A stretch of DNA of 64,000 nt from an uncultured Bacilli bacterium (GTDB lineage: Bacteria; Bacillota_I; Bacilli_A; RF39; UBA660), in assembly GCA_934162125.1 (NCBI GenBank), contig CAKPHU010000002.1:195616-259615 (forward strand), given 5' to 3'. Shown one piece after another: positions 37,748 through 49,200 of the stretch (position 1 is the first letter of the stretch; every line of letters starts with the position of its first letter). The notes below the pieces were generated by a model. It was not told where the DNA came from and did no database searches. It worked only from the letters and a program-made list of their open reading frames with translations. The translations under genes and the position numbers were made by a program.

Positions 37748-39601
37748 TTAATTATTTAAATTACCACCCAAAGTAATAAATGGATTAACCATACTTGGAG
37801 CCTCTTGTTTTACTGGTGGTCTATATGTTTCTATCTCTTTATACCATACAGTACTAATATCAACATTATTACTTAATGGTTCTGGATCAGGTTTCTCTAC
37901 ATAAAGAGAAACTGGTACTTTAAAAGCATTACCAAAAGCCATACAGTTACCTGGTTTCAAACTCTTCAATTGTTGAACTATCTCTGCTGAAATGTTTGGT
38001 ACCATATTTCTAATATAATCTAAATCATTTGGATGTAGTGTACGTAAAATTATAAAATTAGTACATTGTGAAACACAAGTATCAGATAGTTCACTAGGAC
38101 GTTGTGTAATAAGTCCTAAGAAAATACCATATTTACGTCCCTCTTTTGCAATTCTCTCAAATATATTATATCCAAGTAAATCCATATCTCTGTCTTTAAC
38201 AACATATCTATGAGCCTCTTCAATAATAACATGGAATGCTCTACTACCACGAGGAGTAATACTTGATGCTACATCAAATAACATTCTTGAAATAATCTTT
38301 GTAATTACCTTAGCCATTCTATCATCAACATAATTAATATTAAAATTAACTATTTGACACTTAGAACCATCTGCTTTTCTAAGTAAAGATTCAACATAAT
38401 CTCTCTTACCACAGAAACCATCATAAGTAAAATATTCTTTATAAGGACTATTAACTAAAGTATGTAATCTTACACTTAAAATGTTAGCGTAATCAAATAC
38501 TTTTTCACTCTTTAAAATACCTTCATTAATAAGTGCAAAATCCATAGCTAACTCTAAATCAGAAAGACTATAATATGGATTTAAATCTTCTGTAGCAATT
38601 GCTGCGTCTGTTTCCATTATAAATCCTCTTATAAATTCTACTACAAGTTCCATCTCTTGCATCTTACCAGTTTTATCTATATATAAACATTGTTTTAAAG
38701 TTCTAACATATCCAGGTTGAACAATCTGACTTTCTAGATGTAACTCTGGTGTATTAAATTTTGTAAGAACTGCTGTTACTTGATCTCGTATCTTAGTTGA
38801 ATCATTACCACTAAGTAAAATGTCTTGAACAGCTCTAGCAATTATATCATTTTTTCTTTTAACTACATTATCACTAGTACCGGTAAGTATAGGTACTAAA
38901 CTTAAAGTCTTCTCAATAATTGGTAACTGAGTAGGATTAGTTGCATCTAACAATAAAGCTAAGTCATCAACATCTAAAAGCCATACTGGTATATGTACTA
39001 AATTAGCTCTATCTTCAGTATTAGTAGTTAAATATTTATAATTAAGTTGTGGATTATATTGATGAAGATTCTGGAAAGCATTATTGTACTCTCCAAAAGC
39101 ATCAAAGAAAAAGAAATTAGCATTTATTGGAGCTTTTGGATTCATAAATAGTTTTTGTACAATAGAAGCAACTGTACAACTTTTACCAGCTCCACTATTT
39201 CCTAATACTGAGAAATGATTACTAAAGAAATCATTAATATTAACATTAATTCTATATCCATCATAGATGTTACTAACACCAATATTAGTTTCCCCATCAT
39301 CAACATTTTGACTACCTAACATTAATTCAAGTTCTTCTAATGTTACAAGTCTAATATTAGCTCTAAAAGAAGGTCTCTTTGCAGAACCAGGTACAAATGA
39401 ATCTTTTGTAACTTCTCCAACGACAACAACTAGCATTTCTATTTGATTAACACTAACAATTTCTCCTACTATTCTCTTATCTGCATCTTCAAAAACAACA
39501 TGAAGTCCAACTAGATTAGGCTGTTTATTGATGTCAATTGCAAGTTTTATTTTCACATGGTTATCGATAATTTCAATGACACTACCTATCATTCTATCCA
39601 C
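37748..39601 (-). CDS. HerA/FtsK-like P-loop ATPase (DUF87-type)
   Basis: N-terminal beta-barrel-like MIGSVIEIIDNHVKIKL...VVVVGEV, Walker A VLGNSGAGKSCT, HVIIEEAHRY (HerA EEAH-type Walker B/sensor); 617 aa. Confidence 0.65.
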   Translation of the reverse strand: MDRMIGSVIEIIDNHVKIKLAIDINKQPNLVGLHVVFEDADKRIVGEIVSVNQIEMLVVVVGEVTKDSFVPGSAKRPSFRANIRLVTLEELELMLGSQNVDDGETNIGVSNIYDGYRINVNINDFFSNHFSVLGNSGAGKSCTVASIVQKLFMNPKAPINANFFFFDAFGEYNNAFQNLHQYNPQLNYKYLTTNTEDRANLVHIPVWLLDVDDLALLLDATNPTQLPIIEKTLSLVPILTGTSDNVVKRKNDIIARAVQDILLSGNDSTKIRDQVTAVLTKFNTPELHLESQIVQPGYVRTLKQCLYIDKTGKMQEMELVVEFIRGFIMETDAAIATEDLNPYYSLSDLELAMDFALINEGILKSEKVFDYANILSVRLHTLVNSPYKEYFTYDGFCGKRDYVESLLRKADGSKCQIVNFNINYVDDRMAKVITKIISRMLFDVASSITPRGSRAFHVIIEEAHRYVVKDRDMDLLGYNIFERIAKEGRKYGIFLGLITQRPSELSDTCVSQCTNFIILRTLHPNDLDYIRNMVPNISAEIVQQLKSLKPGNCMAFGNAFKVPVSLYVEKPDPEPLSNNVDISTVWYKEIETYRPPVKQEAPSMVNPFITLGGNLNN

Positions 39602-39670
39602 CCTCTTTTACCTTATACAAAGTATAACAAAAAAAAACAAAAAATAAAAGAGATTATTAAATAATTTCTT

Positions 39671-40207
39671 TTACTTTTCATATAAGCCATGAATCTTTTG
39701 TCTATCAATATCACTTATTGAATCAAGACTCCAAGTACCATCTTCACTCTTCGTCAAATGAAATGACATATCATACTTTACTTTATCATCAACTTTTCCC
39801 ATTTGTTCTAATTTATATTTAGTATAAGTATCATCTTCTTTAAATTCATCTAAGTGTTCATCATAATACTTTTTACTTTTACGAATACTACTAGCGTAAT
39901 CTAATACTTCAATTTCTACTTCTACTACTGCTTTGTCATCAGAAATTTCTTCATTTTTAATTTTATAAGCTAAGTTTTGATATTGTTTTTCCATTAAACC
40001 ACGATAAGTACTTTTTTCTTCATCACTCATCGTTGTATCTTCTGACACAATTAAATCTAGTTGTGTTAATACTTCTGTATCCATATTTTGATACTTACCT
40101 AGAAATTCCTCTACTTTTTTAGTTGGACTACTAACCATTGTTGTATTAGTACAACTACAACCCGTAAAAAGTAATATTCCAAATAGACATAATAGTATTT
40201 TCTTCAT
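39671..40207 (-). CDS. lipoprotein of unknown function
   Basis: Lipobox MKKILLCLFGILLFTGCSC. Confidence 0.6.
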   Translation of the reverse strand: MKKILLCLFGILLFTGCSCTNTTMVSSPTKKVEEFLGKYQNMDTEVLTQLDLIVSEDTTMSDEEKSTYRGLMEKQYQNLAYKIKNEEISDDKAVVEVEIEVLDYASSIRKSKKYYDEHLDEFKEDDTYTKYKLEQMGKVDDKVKYDMSFHLTKSEDGTWSLDSISDIDRQKIHGLYEK

Positions 40208-40278
40208 ATTTTCCTCCCATTTCTATCTTAACCATATAATTAAAAACTATACAAAAAAAAGAAAGCAAACGCTTTCTC

Positions 40279-41658
40279 TTAATAATCACAGTTTCCTGGA
40301 GTTCTAGGATAAGGAATAACATCACGGATATTCTCTACCCCTGTTAGGTAAATAAGAAGTCTCTCAAATCCCATACCAAAACCTGAATGAACACAGCCTC
40401 CGTACTTTCTTAAGTTTAAGTACCATTGTAGACCTTCTTTTTCCATACCTAACTCATCCATACGATTAACTAATTTATCATAATCTTCTTCTCTTTGTGA
40501 TCCACCAATTAATTCACCTGCACCAGGTACTTCTAGATCAACAGCTGCAACTGTCTTGCCATCTGGATTTAGTTTCATATAGAATGCCTTAATATCTTTT
40601 GGCCAGTTCTTTATAAATACTGGGCTATTAAAGTACTCAGTAATATATTTTTCATGTTCTTTTGCAATATCTTCACCATATTCTGGTTCAAATTCCCATT
40701 TAACCTTAGCTTCTTTAAGTATTTTAATTACTTCTTCATGATCAATCCTTACAAAGCTACTATTTAATAATTTATGTAATTTATCAAGTAAGCCTTTTTC
40801 TACAAATTGATCAAAGAATTCCATCTCTGCTGGAGCATTATCTAAAACATATTTAACAATATACTTTAACATGTCTTCTTCAATATCCATAACTTGTTCC
40901 AAATCACAGAAAGCAATTTCTGGTTCAATCATCCAAAACTCATTAGCATGTGTTTTAGTATTAGAGTTTTCTGCTCTAAAAGTAGGTCCAAAAGTATAAG
41001 TTTTCTTATAAGTTAACGCAAAAGTCTCTGCTTGTAATTGTCCACTAACTGTTAAAGCTGCAGGTTTACCAAAGAAATCTTTACTATAATCTACTTTTCC
41101 TTCTTTTGCTATTCTATCTAAATCAAGAGTAGTAACTTGAAACATTTCTCCTGCACCTTCACAGTCACTTGCTGTTATAAGTGGAGCATGGAAATAAACA
41201 TACCCATGTTCTTGGAAATATTTATGAATAGCGTAAGCTGCTATACTTCTAACTCTAAATACTGCTCCAAAAAGATTTGTTCTAGGGCGAAGATAAGCTT
41301 GTTCTCTTAAAAACTCTCTTGTATGTCTTTTTGGTTGTATTGGATAATCATCTGGACAATCTCCCAATAATTTAATATCAATAACTTGTAATTCAAAATC
41401 TTGTCCCTTAGCTGGAGAACTAATAACTGTTCCCTTTACTTCGATTGCAGATCCAATCTTTATTTTTTGTATTTCTTCAAAACTCTCTAATTTATCATCA
41501 TAAACTACTTGTACTGGTTTAAAATAAGTTCCATCATTAAAATCAATAAATCCAAATTCTTTTTGTTTACGGTGATTACGTACCCATCCTTGTAGTACTA
41601 CTTCTTTATCTATATATTTTTTATAATCACTATATATATCTTTAACATCAATAATCAT
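40279..41658 (-). CDS. asnS: asparaginyl-tRNA synthetase
   Basis: FRAENSNTKTHANEFWMIEPE class IIb motif 2 region specific to AsnRS; GGSQREE; 459 aa. Confidence 0.9.
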   Translation of the reverse strand: MIIDVKDIYSDYKKYIDKEVVLQGWVRNHRKQKEFGFIDFNDGTYFKPVQVVYDDKLESFEEIQKIKIGSAIEVKGTVISSPAKGQDFELQVIDIKLLGDCPDDYPIQPKRHTREFLREQAYLRPRTNLFGAVFRVRSIAAYAIHKYFQEHGYVYFHAPLITASDCEGAGEMFQVTTLDLDRIAKEGKVDYSKDFFGKPAALTVSGQLQAETFALTYKKTYTFGPTFRAENSNTKTHANEFWMIEPEIAFCDLEQVMDIEEDMLKYIVKYVLDNAPAEMEFFDQFVEKGLLDKLHKLLNSSFVRIDHEEVIKILKEAKVKWEFEPEYGEDIAKEHEKYITEYFNSPVFIKNWPKDIKAFYMKLNPDGKTVAAVDLEVPGAGELIGGSQREEDYDKLVNRMDELGMEKEGLQWYLNLRKYGGCVHSGFGMGFERLLIYLTGVENIRDVIPYPRTPGNCDY

Positions 41659-41667
41659 AATAACCTC

Positions 41668-42798
41668 CTACATCTTATAAGCCATCTTAAAAGCTAAAAT
41701 TCTAAGCACTGCTTTATCAATGACTTCTTCTTTAATTGTGCCATCTAAAACAGCATCATAAACTTCATTATACATACTCTTATAATCTGAAGTAATAATC
41801 ATATCATTAAGAGCATTAATTGCTAAAACAGCGGCACGACCATCTTCTACATAACTTTCAACGGCATCCATTGCTAAGTCATCTGTAATAATAATTCCAC
41901 TAAAATCTAATTTATCTCTAAGTTCTTTATGAACAGTCAAAGATAAACTAGCAGGATATTCACTATCAATAGCTTTAACTACATTATGAGAAACAAGTAC
42001 CATTGGAACTTTATTTTTAATTCCACTTTCAAATGGTAAATAATCATTCTCTACAAAATTCTCATAACTTCTCTCATCAATCGCAACACCAGTATGTGTA
42101 TCAACATTATTTCCATATCCCGGAAAATGTTTTAAACAAGAAGCAATTCCTGCTTTATTCGCATAACTAACCATTTTACCTACAAGTTCACTTGTCTCTT
42201 TAGCATCTCTATTAAATGTTCTATTATTTATAAAATCATCTTCTGAAGTAGAAACATCACTAACTGGTGCTAAATTAGTATTAACTCCAATACTAAGTAA
42301 AAGATTAGCTTTTTCTTCTTCTGTTTTAGCTAAAAGTTCTTCTCCACCTTCTTCATAGTATTCTCTAGGAGACTTAAACTTTTCTTCACGAAAAGCTTTA
42401 TAACGACTAACTCTTGTAACGTAGCCTCCTTCTTCATCTACCGCAATCATTAGTGGAGTATTACTTAATTCTTTTAAATTATCTAATTCTTTTTTTATAC
42501 TTTCTTTATCTTGATTTTGGAAATCTTTCGCAAAAAGAATAAAACCACCTGCATAATAATCATTAATATAATCTTCTGCTAAATTCTTATCATATCTAAC
42601 TAAGAATAATTGCCCTATCTTTTCTGCTAAAGATAATTTCTCTAAAGTCTTGCTAGCGTCTTTATAATATTCGCTGAATAATTCATCATCTTCGTAGTTA
42701 CTTATCGTACTACGATTCAAATACTTTGTCCCAAAATAAGCTCCTAATCCTAAAATGATAACTGTAATTATTATAATTATCTTTTTCATAAGTCTCAC
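41668..42798 (-). CDS. glycoside hydrolase family 3 N-terminal domain beta-N-acetylhexosaminidase (NagZ/YbbD-like), secreted
   Basis: KHFPGYG...THTG motif, IAVDEEGG; N-terminal signal/anchor. Confidence 0.8.
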   Translation of the reverse strand: MRLMKKIIIIITVIILGLGAYFGTKYLNRSTISNYEDDELFSEYYKDASKTLEKLSLAEKIGQLFLVRYDKNLAEDYINDYYAGGFILFAKDFQNQDKESIKKELDNLKELSNTPLMIAVDEEGGYVTRVSRYKAFREEKFKSPREYYEEGGEELLAKTEEEKANLLLSIGVNTNLAPVSDVSTSEDDFINNRTFNRDAKETSELVGKMVSYANKAGIASCLKHFPGYGNNVDTHTGVAIDERSYENFVENDYLPFESGIKNKVPMVLVSHNVVKAIDSEYPASLSLTVHKELRDKLDFSGIIITDDLAMDAVESYVEDGRAAVLAINALNDMIITSDYKSMYNEVYDAVLDGTIKEEVIDKAVLRILAFKMAYKM

Positions 42799-43650
42799 CT
42801 ACTTATTCATAATTTTTTTAAATTCATTTGGATTACTAACTTCAAATAAAATATCTTTTTTGATTACTGGATAATATAATTTTAATCTATTCGCATGTAA
42901 GTATAATCTAACTTCATTATCACGAACATTACTATATTTCTTATCACCTACAATTGGGTTACCAATTGAATTCATCGCAACTCTTATTTGATTCTTTCTT
43001 CCTGTCTCAATATTTATACTAACCATTGTATAATTATTACTTTCTTTTATAGTTTTATAATTAGTAATTGCAACTTTTCCATCTTTATCTTTAACTGCAT
43101 ACACTAAATTAGTCTTTGTCTCTCTCAAATATTGTTCTATTCTACCACTTGGACTCTTTAATTTACCATGTACAACAGCTACATATTCTCTCAAACTAAC
43201 GTATTCATTCCAATTTTCTTGTAATTGATTCTTAATTTTTTCATTCTTCGCAAAAACTACAATACCACTAGTATCTTTATCTAATCTATGTACTATAAAT
43301 ACTTTATTATTTTTATCACTACTCTTTAAATATTCTCCTACGATATGATATAAAGTCTTCTCTTTTTCTTTACTAGTCGCAATAGTAAGTAATCCAGCTG
43401 GTTTATTTACTACAATAATATTATCATCTTCAAATACTATTTCGAATGGTAAAGTCTTTTTATTTTTACTATCAGTATCAATAACTATATTCATACCTTT
43501 AATAAGTCTATAATCATATTTAGTAACTTTAACATTATCTACAAAAATTGCTCCATGTGTTAAATATTGTTTTACTCTCTTCTTAGGCATATCTAAATTA
43601 TCATATAAATAATTTAATAAAGTATCTTCTTTCTTAACTGTAATCTTCAT
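42799..43650 (-). CDS. RluA-family pseudouridine synthase
   Basis: HRLDKDTSGIVVFAKNE catalytic Asp motif, S4-like N-terminus. Confidence 0.85.
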   Translation of the reverse strand: MKITVKKEDTLLNYLYDNLDMPKKRVKQYLTHGAIFVDNVKVTKYDYRLIKGMNIVIDTDSKNKKTLPFEIVFEDDNIIVVNKPAGLLTIATSKEKEKTLYHIVGEYLKSSDKNNKVFIVHRLDKDTSGIVVFAKNEKIKNQLQENWNEYVSLREYVAVVHGKLKSPSGRIEQYLRETKTNLVYAVKDKDGKVAITNYKTIKESNNYTMVSINIETGRKNQIRVAMNSIGNPIVGDKKYSNVRDNEVRLYLHANRLKLYYPVIKKDILFEVSNPNEFKKIMNK

Positions 43651-43706
43651 AATAATCCCCTCTTGGAAATATTATAAGACGAAATTAACAAAAAAGGAAG
43701 AATTCT

Positions 43707-44429
43707 TTATTCAAAAATCTTCTTTAAGAACTCTTCCACACCTTTATCTTCGTTACTGACAACTTTTATTTTACTAACTCTCTTAACTTTATCTATCGCA
43801 TTACTAACAGACCCGCTACATCCAACTTTATCTAATAGTTCGATGTCACCTTCTCCATCTCCTATTGCCGCAACTTCTTCTAAATTAATTTTCTTCTTTG
43901 TACAAATTTTCATAACTCCTGATAACTTATTAATATCTAAACTAGTAACTCCTACATAGAAAGCATCATTAGTTATCTCTACATAACAAGTTATGTTTTT
44001 TATTTCTAATAATTTTTCTTTAATAGAAACAGCTTCTTCTAGATTTTTACAAACTACTTCTAATTTATAAATATCTTGGATATCTTCTAAATCATGAAGA
44101 ATAAACTTGCGATCTTTTCTTAATCCAAATATCTCATTCTTCACACTCTTTAATACTTTTGTAATTGTACTTTTACTAATACTTTTCTTAAATATAACAT
44201 TTTCTCTTTTTACATCGTAGACAATTGCTCCTCCACAAGCAACTATATAATCTATAAAAGAAAAGTCTCTATTATAGTACAAAATATCTGAAAGACATCT
44301 CTCTGTCACAATTACAAACAATACTTTATCTTTACGTACCTTATCAATCTCCAACATCGTTGAAAGACTAATTGCTTCATATTCATCTATTAGTGTCCCA
44401 TCAAAGTCACTCACAACCATCTTATACAT
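43707..44429 (-). CDS. HAD-superfamily Cof-like hydrolase
   Basis: Motif I DFDGTL at N-terminus, GDGEGD motif IV. Confidence 0.75.
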   Translation of the reverse strand: MYKMVVSDFDGTLIDEYEAISLSTMLEIDKVRKDKVLFVIVTERCLSDILYYNRDFSFIDYIVACGGAIVYDVKRENVIFKKSISKSTITKVLKSVKNEIFGLRKDRKFILHDLEDIQDIYKLEVVCKNLEEAVSIKEKLLEIKNITCYVEITNDAFYVGVTSLDINKLSGVMKICTKKKINLEEVAAIGDGEGDIELLDKVGCSGSVSNAIDKVKRVSKIKVVSNEDKGVEEFLKKIFE

Positions 44430-45031
44430 TTATTTTCCCCCCTAAGTCTATTAATCACAATAATAATCACAATAGCCAAACTATATCCCGCTAGAACATC
44501 AGTTGGATAATGTACACCTACATATATTCTACTAATTCCAATAGATAGTATCAAAATACCTACTAATGTCGCTAAAGTATATTTTAAATACTTATTCTTA
44601 ATATTGCAAATAATTAAATATAAAATAACTCCATAGACACAAATTGAAATCATCGCATGTCCACTTGGAAATGAAAAGCCCTTCTCTATCACTAATCTCA
44701 AATGTTCAGGTCTACTTCTTCTAACTAATTGCTTAATAATTGTATTAAATCCAATAGAGGCAACAGCTGAAGAAAGAACATAAATAATATCTTTATTTCT
44801 TAAAATGAGACATGTCACAATAACTACTATAACTACCGTGATTGGATCTCCAAGTCTAGTAATAAAAGTAAAATAATTATCTAAGAATGTACAACGACTC
44901 TTCATAATAAAATTATAAATAGCTTCATCAATTACTAAGTTCTTATCTAAAAGCACGACTCCAAACACAAGAAAGAAAATAATTAAAAGTACACTACATA
45001 TAATTATTTCTTTTTTCTTAAATTGTTTCAT
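44411..45031 (-). CDS. PAP2-family lipid phosphatase
   Basis: KxxxxxxRP, PSGH, SRxxxxxHxxxD motifs (RRSRP...SFPSGHAM...RIYVGVHYPTDV). Confidence 0.85.
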   Translation of the reverse strand: MKQFKKKEIIICSVLLIIFFLVFGVVLLDKNLVIDEAIYNFIMKSRCTFLDNYFTFITRLGDPITVVIVVIVTCLILRNKDIIYVLSSAVASIGFNTIIKQLVRRSRPEHLRLVIEKGFSFPSGHAMISICVYGVILYLIICNIKNKYLKYTLATLVGILILSIGISRIYVGVHYPTDVLAGYSLAIVIIIVINRLRGENKCIRWL

Positions 45032-46229
45032 CTTCCAACTCCTGCATCTTTTCTTTTAAAATTTTCTTATATATTTCTACCCCTGGTTGATTAAATGGTT
45101 CTACTTCAAATAAATAACCCGAATATGCAGCACTAAGCATCATAAATGCTGATAACTCTCCCATATTTTCTTCATTAACTTTATCTAATATTATTGTGGT
45201 TGCTGGCACCGAATTTAAAACATGTGCTTCTTTAACTGATTCTAATACTAAATTATTAATATCATTCAATTTACAATTTTTATATTTAACTTCACTCGTC
45301 TCTAAAATCTTTATAAAAGTCTCAAATATAATTGGATTACCCTCTTGAACAAATTGACCTAAAGAATGTAAATCTCTTGTCCCAATCATTGAAACTGGAA
45401 AAATACCCTTTTTATTTTTACCCTCTGTTTCTCCAAATAATTGTTTTAACCATTCCAAGTAATAACTGAAATTTTCTTGATAAACACTAAAACTTTCAAT
45501 ATATTTACCTTCATCAAATAAATATCTACGTAAAGCTGCATAATAATAAGCTTCATCAACTAAATTAAGTCCTAATTCATAACCAGAAACTAATTTATCT
45601 ATATCTAAGTTAAATGACAATGGTAATAAATGAGCAGCCGTCATTAATGAATATCTGCCTCCAATATCTCTAGGTATTTCAAAAGTTCTATATCCATTAT
45701 TAAGTGCTTCTTGAAGTAAACTACCCTTTTCTTTATCTGTTGTAATAATAGTTCTCTCTCCTATTTCTTCACTACTATACTTTTTCTTCATAAACTCTTT
45801 CATCAAAGAATAAGTTATCATTATTTCCGTTGTTTCTCCACTCTTACTAATAACGTCTATATAAAAATCTTTATCTTCTAAATACTTAAAAGTATCTAAA
45901 ATAGTTTCACTATCTAAACCATTACCTAAATAAATAACTTCAGTATCACCTTTAGCGTACTTTTTACTGAATATTTGATTTAAAGCATAACTGCCTAGAA
46001 AAGATCCCCCGATCCCAATCACAACTAAGACACTAGCTCTACTTTTAATTTCATCTCTAACTTTTAATATTTCTTCTATTAAAGTCTGAGAAATTTCTCT
46101 CATCCATCCTGTCATCGTACTCTTACTTAACTCTTCAAGTACTAACTTCTTTTTACTTAAATACTTACTACTTAAAGTATCCGCATCAACTAGATTCTTG
46201 GTATATTTATCAAATTCAAATCCAATCAT
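45018..46229 (-). CDS. pgi: glucose-6-phosphate isomerase (short bacterial form)
   Basis: SIS-type GIGGSFLGSYAL and FNQPGVE motifs; 403 aa (shorter than Bacillus pgi). Confidence 0.55.
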   Translation of the reverse strand: MIGFEFDKYTKNLVDADTLSSKYLSKKKLVLEELSKSTMTGWMREISQTLIEEILKVRDEIKSRASVLVVIGIGGSFLGSYALNQIFSKKYAKGDTEVIYLGNGLDSETILDTFKYLEDKDFYIDVISKSGETTEIMITYSLMKEFMKKKYSSEEIGERTIITTDKEKGSLLQEALNNGYRTFEIPRDIGGRYSLMTAAHLLPLSFNLDIDKLVSGYELGLNLVDEAYYYAALRRYLFDEGKYIESFSVYQENFSYYLEWLKQLFGETEGKNKKGIFPVSMIGTRDLHSLGQFVQEGNPIIFETFIKILETSEVKYKNCKLNDINNLVLESVKEAHVLNSVPATTIILDKVNEENMGELSAFMMLSAAYSGYLFEVEPFNQPGVEIYKKILKEKMQELEDETI

Positions 46230-46297
46230 TATATCACCTTCTATTTAATTATAACAGAAAATTACTCTTTCTGATCCAAAAAAGGAAATAGCCTAAA

Positions 46298-49200
46298 CTA
46301 TTTCCTATAAATAACCACATCATGCTTCTTCTTATCATTTACTAATTTAATTTTACTTACACTCGTACCATCAACTAATATTTTATCAGTTTTATCTTTT
46401 TTAACTTCTATATCATAAGTTGTATCTAAATACTTATAAGTAATATTAAATTTCTTAAATTTATCCAAAACACAAGGTTCAATATTTAAAATACTGCCTT
46501 CTTTTTTAATACCTAATAAATCTCTAATTCCTACATTATAGAACCAACCAGCAGAACCTGTATACCATGTCCAACCACCTCTACCAGCCATATTAGTTGC
46601 TGAATAAATATCGGCTGCAATAACATAAGGTTCTACTTTATATTCTTCTATATTATTCTTAGTAACTGGATTAATCATTTGATAGTAACGATAAGCTTCA
46701 TCATATTTCTTTTCTTTTATTAAAGCCATAATATACCAGCTAACTGCATGAGTATATTGTCCACCATTTTCTCTAATTCCTTTAGAATAATTCATAATAT
46801 AACCAGGATTATTTAAAGACTTACTGAAAGGTGGTGTTAAAAGCTTTACTAAACCATGTTCTTCATCCACTAAGTTATCTGAAACACTATTCAAAACTTC
46901 ATCTTTCTTCTCTTCTGGACAAACTCCACTGATAAGGGCAAAACTTTGTGAAATAAGATCAATCTTACACTCTGTATTGTCATGACTACCAAGTCGATCC
47001 CCATTATCAAAATAAGCTCTTAAATAATATTTGTCATCCCAACCATACTTATTAAGATTATCTTTTAATTTACTATTAAACTTTTCTAATTTACTAATAT
47101 CATAAGAAGAATCAAACTTCTCTATAACTGGTATAAACATCTCAATAATATTGTAAAGGAAGAATCCTAGCCAAACACTCTCGCCCTTACCTTTAATACC
47201 AACTCTGTTCATACCATCATTCCAGTCACCTCCACCCATTAAAGGTAAATGATGACTTCCTAAAGAATTAATACTTAAATTAAGTGCTTTTTCTAAATGT
47301 TTAAACAAACTATCTTTTTCACTAGTATATTCAAAGTTTACAGTCTTTTCATTTTCATAATCTCCAAGAATTGGTGCATTAATATAAGGTACTTCTTCAC
47401 TTAAGATAGCCACATCACCAGTAACTTCAATATACATAATAGTTGCATACACTAGCCATAAATAATCATCTTTATATCTACTTCTAAGTCCAAAATGATT
47501 ATCTTCATGCCACCAGTGTAATACATCTCCCTCTATAAACTGATGACTTGCATTTCTTAATATCTGATCATGTGTCACACTTGGATCTACTAAAACTATA
47601 TTCATGGCATCTTGTAATTGATCACGATAACCATAAGCACCACTTACTTGATAAAAACCTGCTTTCGCAAATAGTCTTGAAGAAATAGTTTGATATAAGT
47701 ACCAACCATTTAAAACATAATCAAGTGCCACATCTGGGGTCTTAACCTTCACAACAGATAATTTCTCTTTCCAAGTTGAAACTACGTCTTTAAACTCTCT
47801 CTTGACACTCTCAACATTACGATATTTTTTAAGAAGCATTTCTAAATAATCATTATCTCTAGAAGCTCCCAACATAAATACCATTTCTTTTTCTTCTAAA
47901 GGTTCAAGTTCAACTTTCGTACTAATACTCTTTGAAAGAATACGATCAACAGATGAATCTGTAAGTTTCATACTAGATGCCATACATACTACAACATCAC
48001 TATAATTGATACTATAAACATTACGTAACTTAACATAATCATCTCTATCTATATATTCTGTCAAAATATGTCTAGCTGTCTTCTCCTCAAAATTACCAAG
48101 AACAGGATTAATATAGTATGAAACATCTAAAGCTATTTTCTTCTTTGTTTTATTTGTAAGTTTAACTAAATATAACTTAACTGTATCTTCTACCGCTACA
48201 AACTCACAAATCTCTTTCTTAACTTCACTAGTTTCAGACTCTAAAATACTATATCCAAAACCATGTCTACACTTATCAGCTACAAAAGTTCTATTATCAA
48301 ATTTAAATCCTTCACTCTGATCATTAACCACAATATCATTAGTCCATGATGTAATCTTAAATTCTCCTGAATTATAAGCAAATGTATAACCACAACCATT
48401 ATTAGTCACAATAGTACCAAAATTCTTATTACTTATTACATTACTCCAAGGAGTTGGTGTATTTCTATTATAAATAAGGTATTCTTCCCCATCTTTAACA
48501 AAACCACCATAACCATTATCAAATACAATTTTTTCTTTAATTTTACTTTCTACATTTCTTTCGTATAAAGCTTCTTCATAATTACTAATTTTATTATGTT
48601 CTTGCAAGTCAGAGATAGCACTTTCCAAAGTCATATGATCTTTAATAATAAATTTAAGTCTAGGAACTACATTAAATAAAATTCTCTCTTCACTAGATAA
48701 ACTATTACCATCAATTACTTTTATCATTCCAGGCGTATGATAGAAATTATTTAATGAATACATTCTATATATTTCATCATCTATTTCTTTATTAATAATC
48801 TTAGCGTATTTATCTTTCTCATCATTAATAATTACTATATCTACAAAGATAGAATTATTTTTATAGTACTCAAAAGTTTTTAAAATACTAAAGACAAATG
48901 GTAAATCACTAATATCACTAATATCAACTAAAATAATTGGTCTGTCTCCACTAACTCCAAATTTCCATAAAGCATTCTGTCCCAACGCATTTTGTCTTAA
49001 AATCTCATTTCTCTCTTCACTAACTGAAATCTTTGTAGTTTGATACAAATAGTTAAGCATAATATTATAAAGTCGCATATCACTACCCGTAATAGAAAGC
49101 ATCTTTGTATTCACAATATTATTAAGTGTCGCTACTTTAAAAGCATTATCTATTTTCTTCTTATCGTTATAGCTTTCAATTATATCATTTATTTGTTCTC

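Noticed and set aside
37748-40207. Interpreting the HerA-like ATPase plus lipoprotein as a complete anti-phage defence system
   Set aside because: No nuclease, Sir2, TIR or other effector gene is adjacent and the lipoprotein has no effector features. The evidence is insufficient for a system call and it is kept as an observation only.
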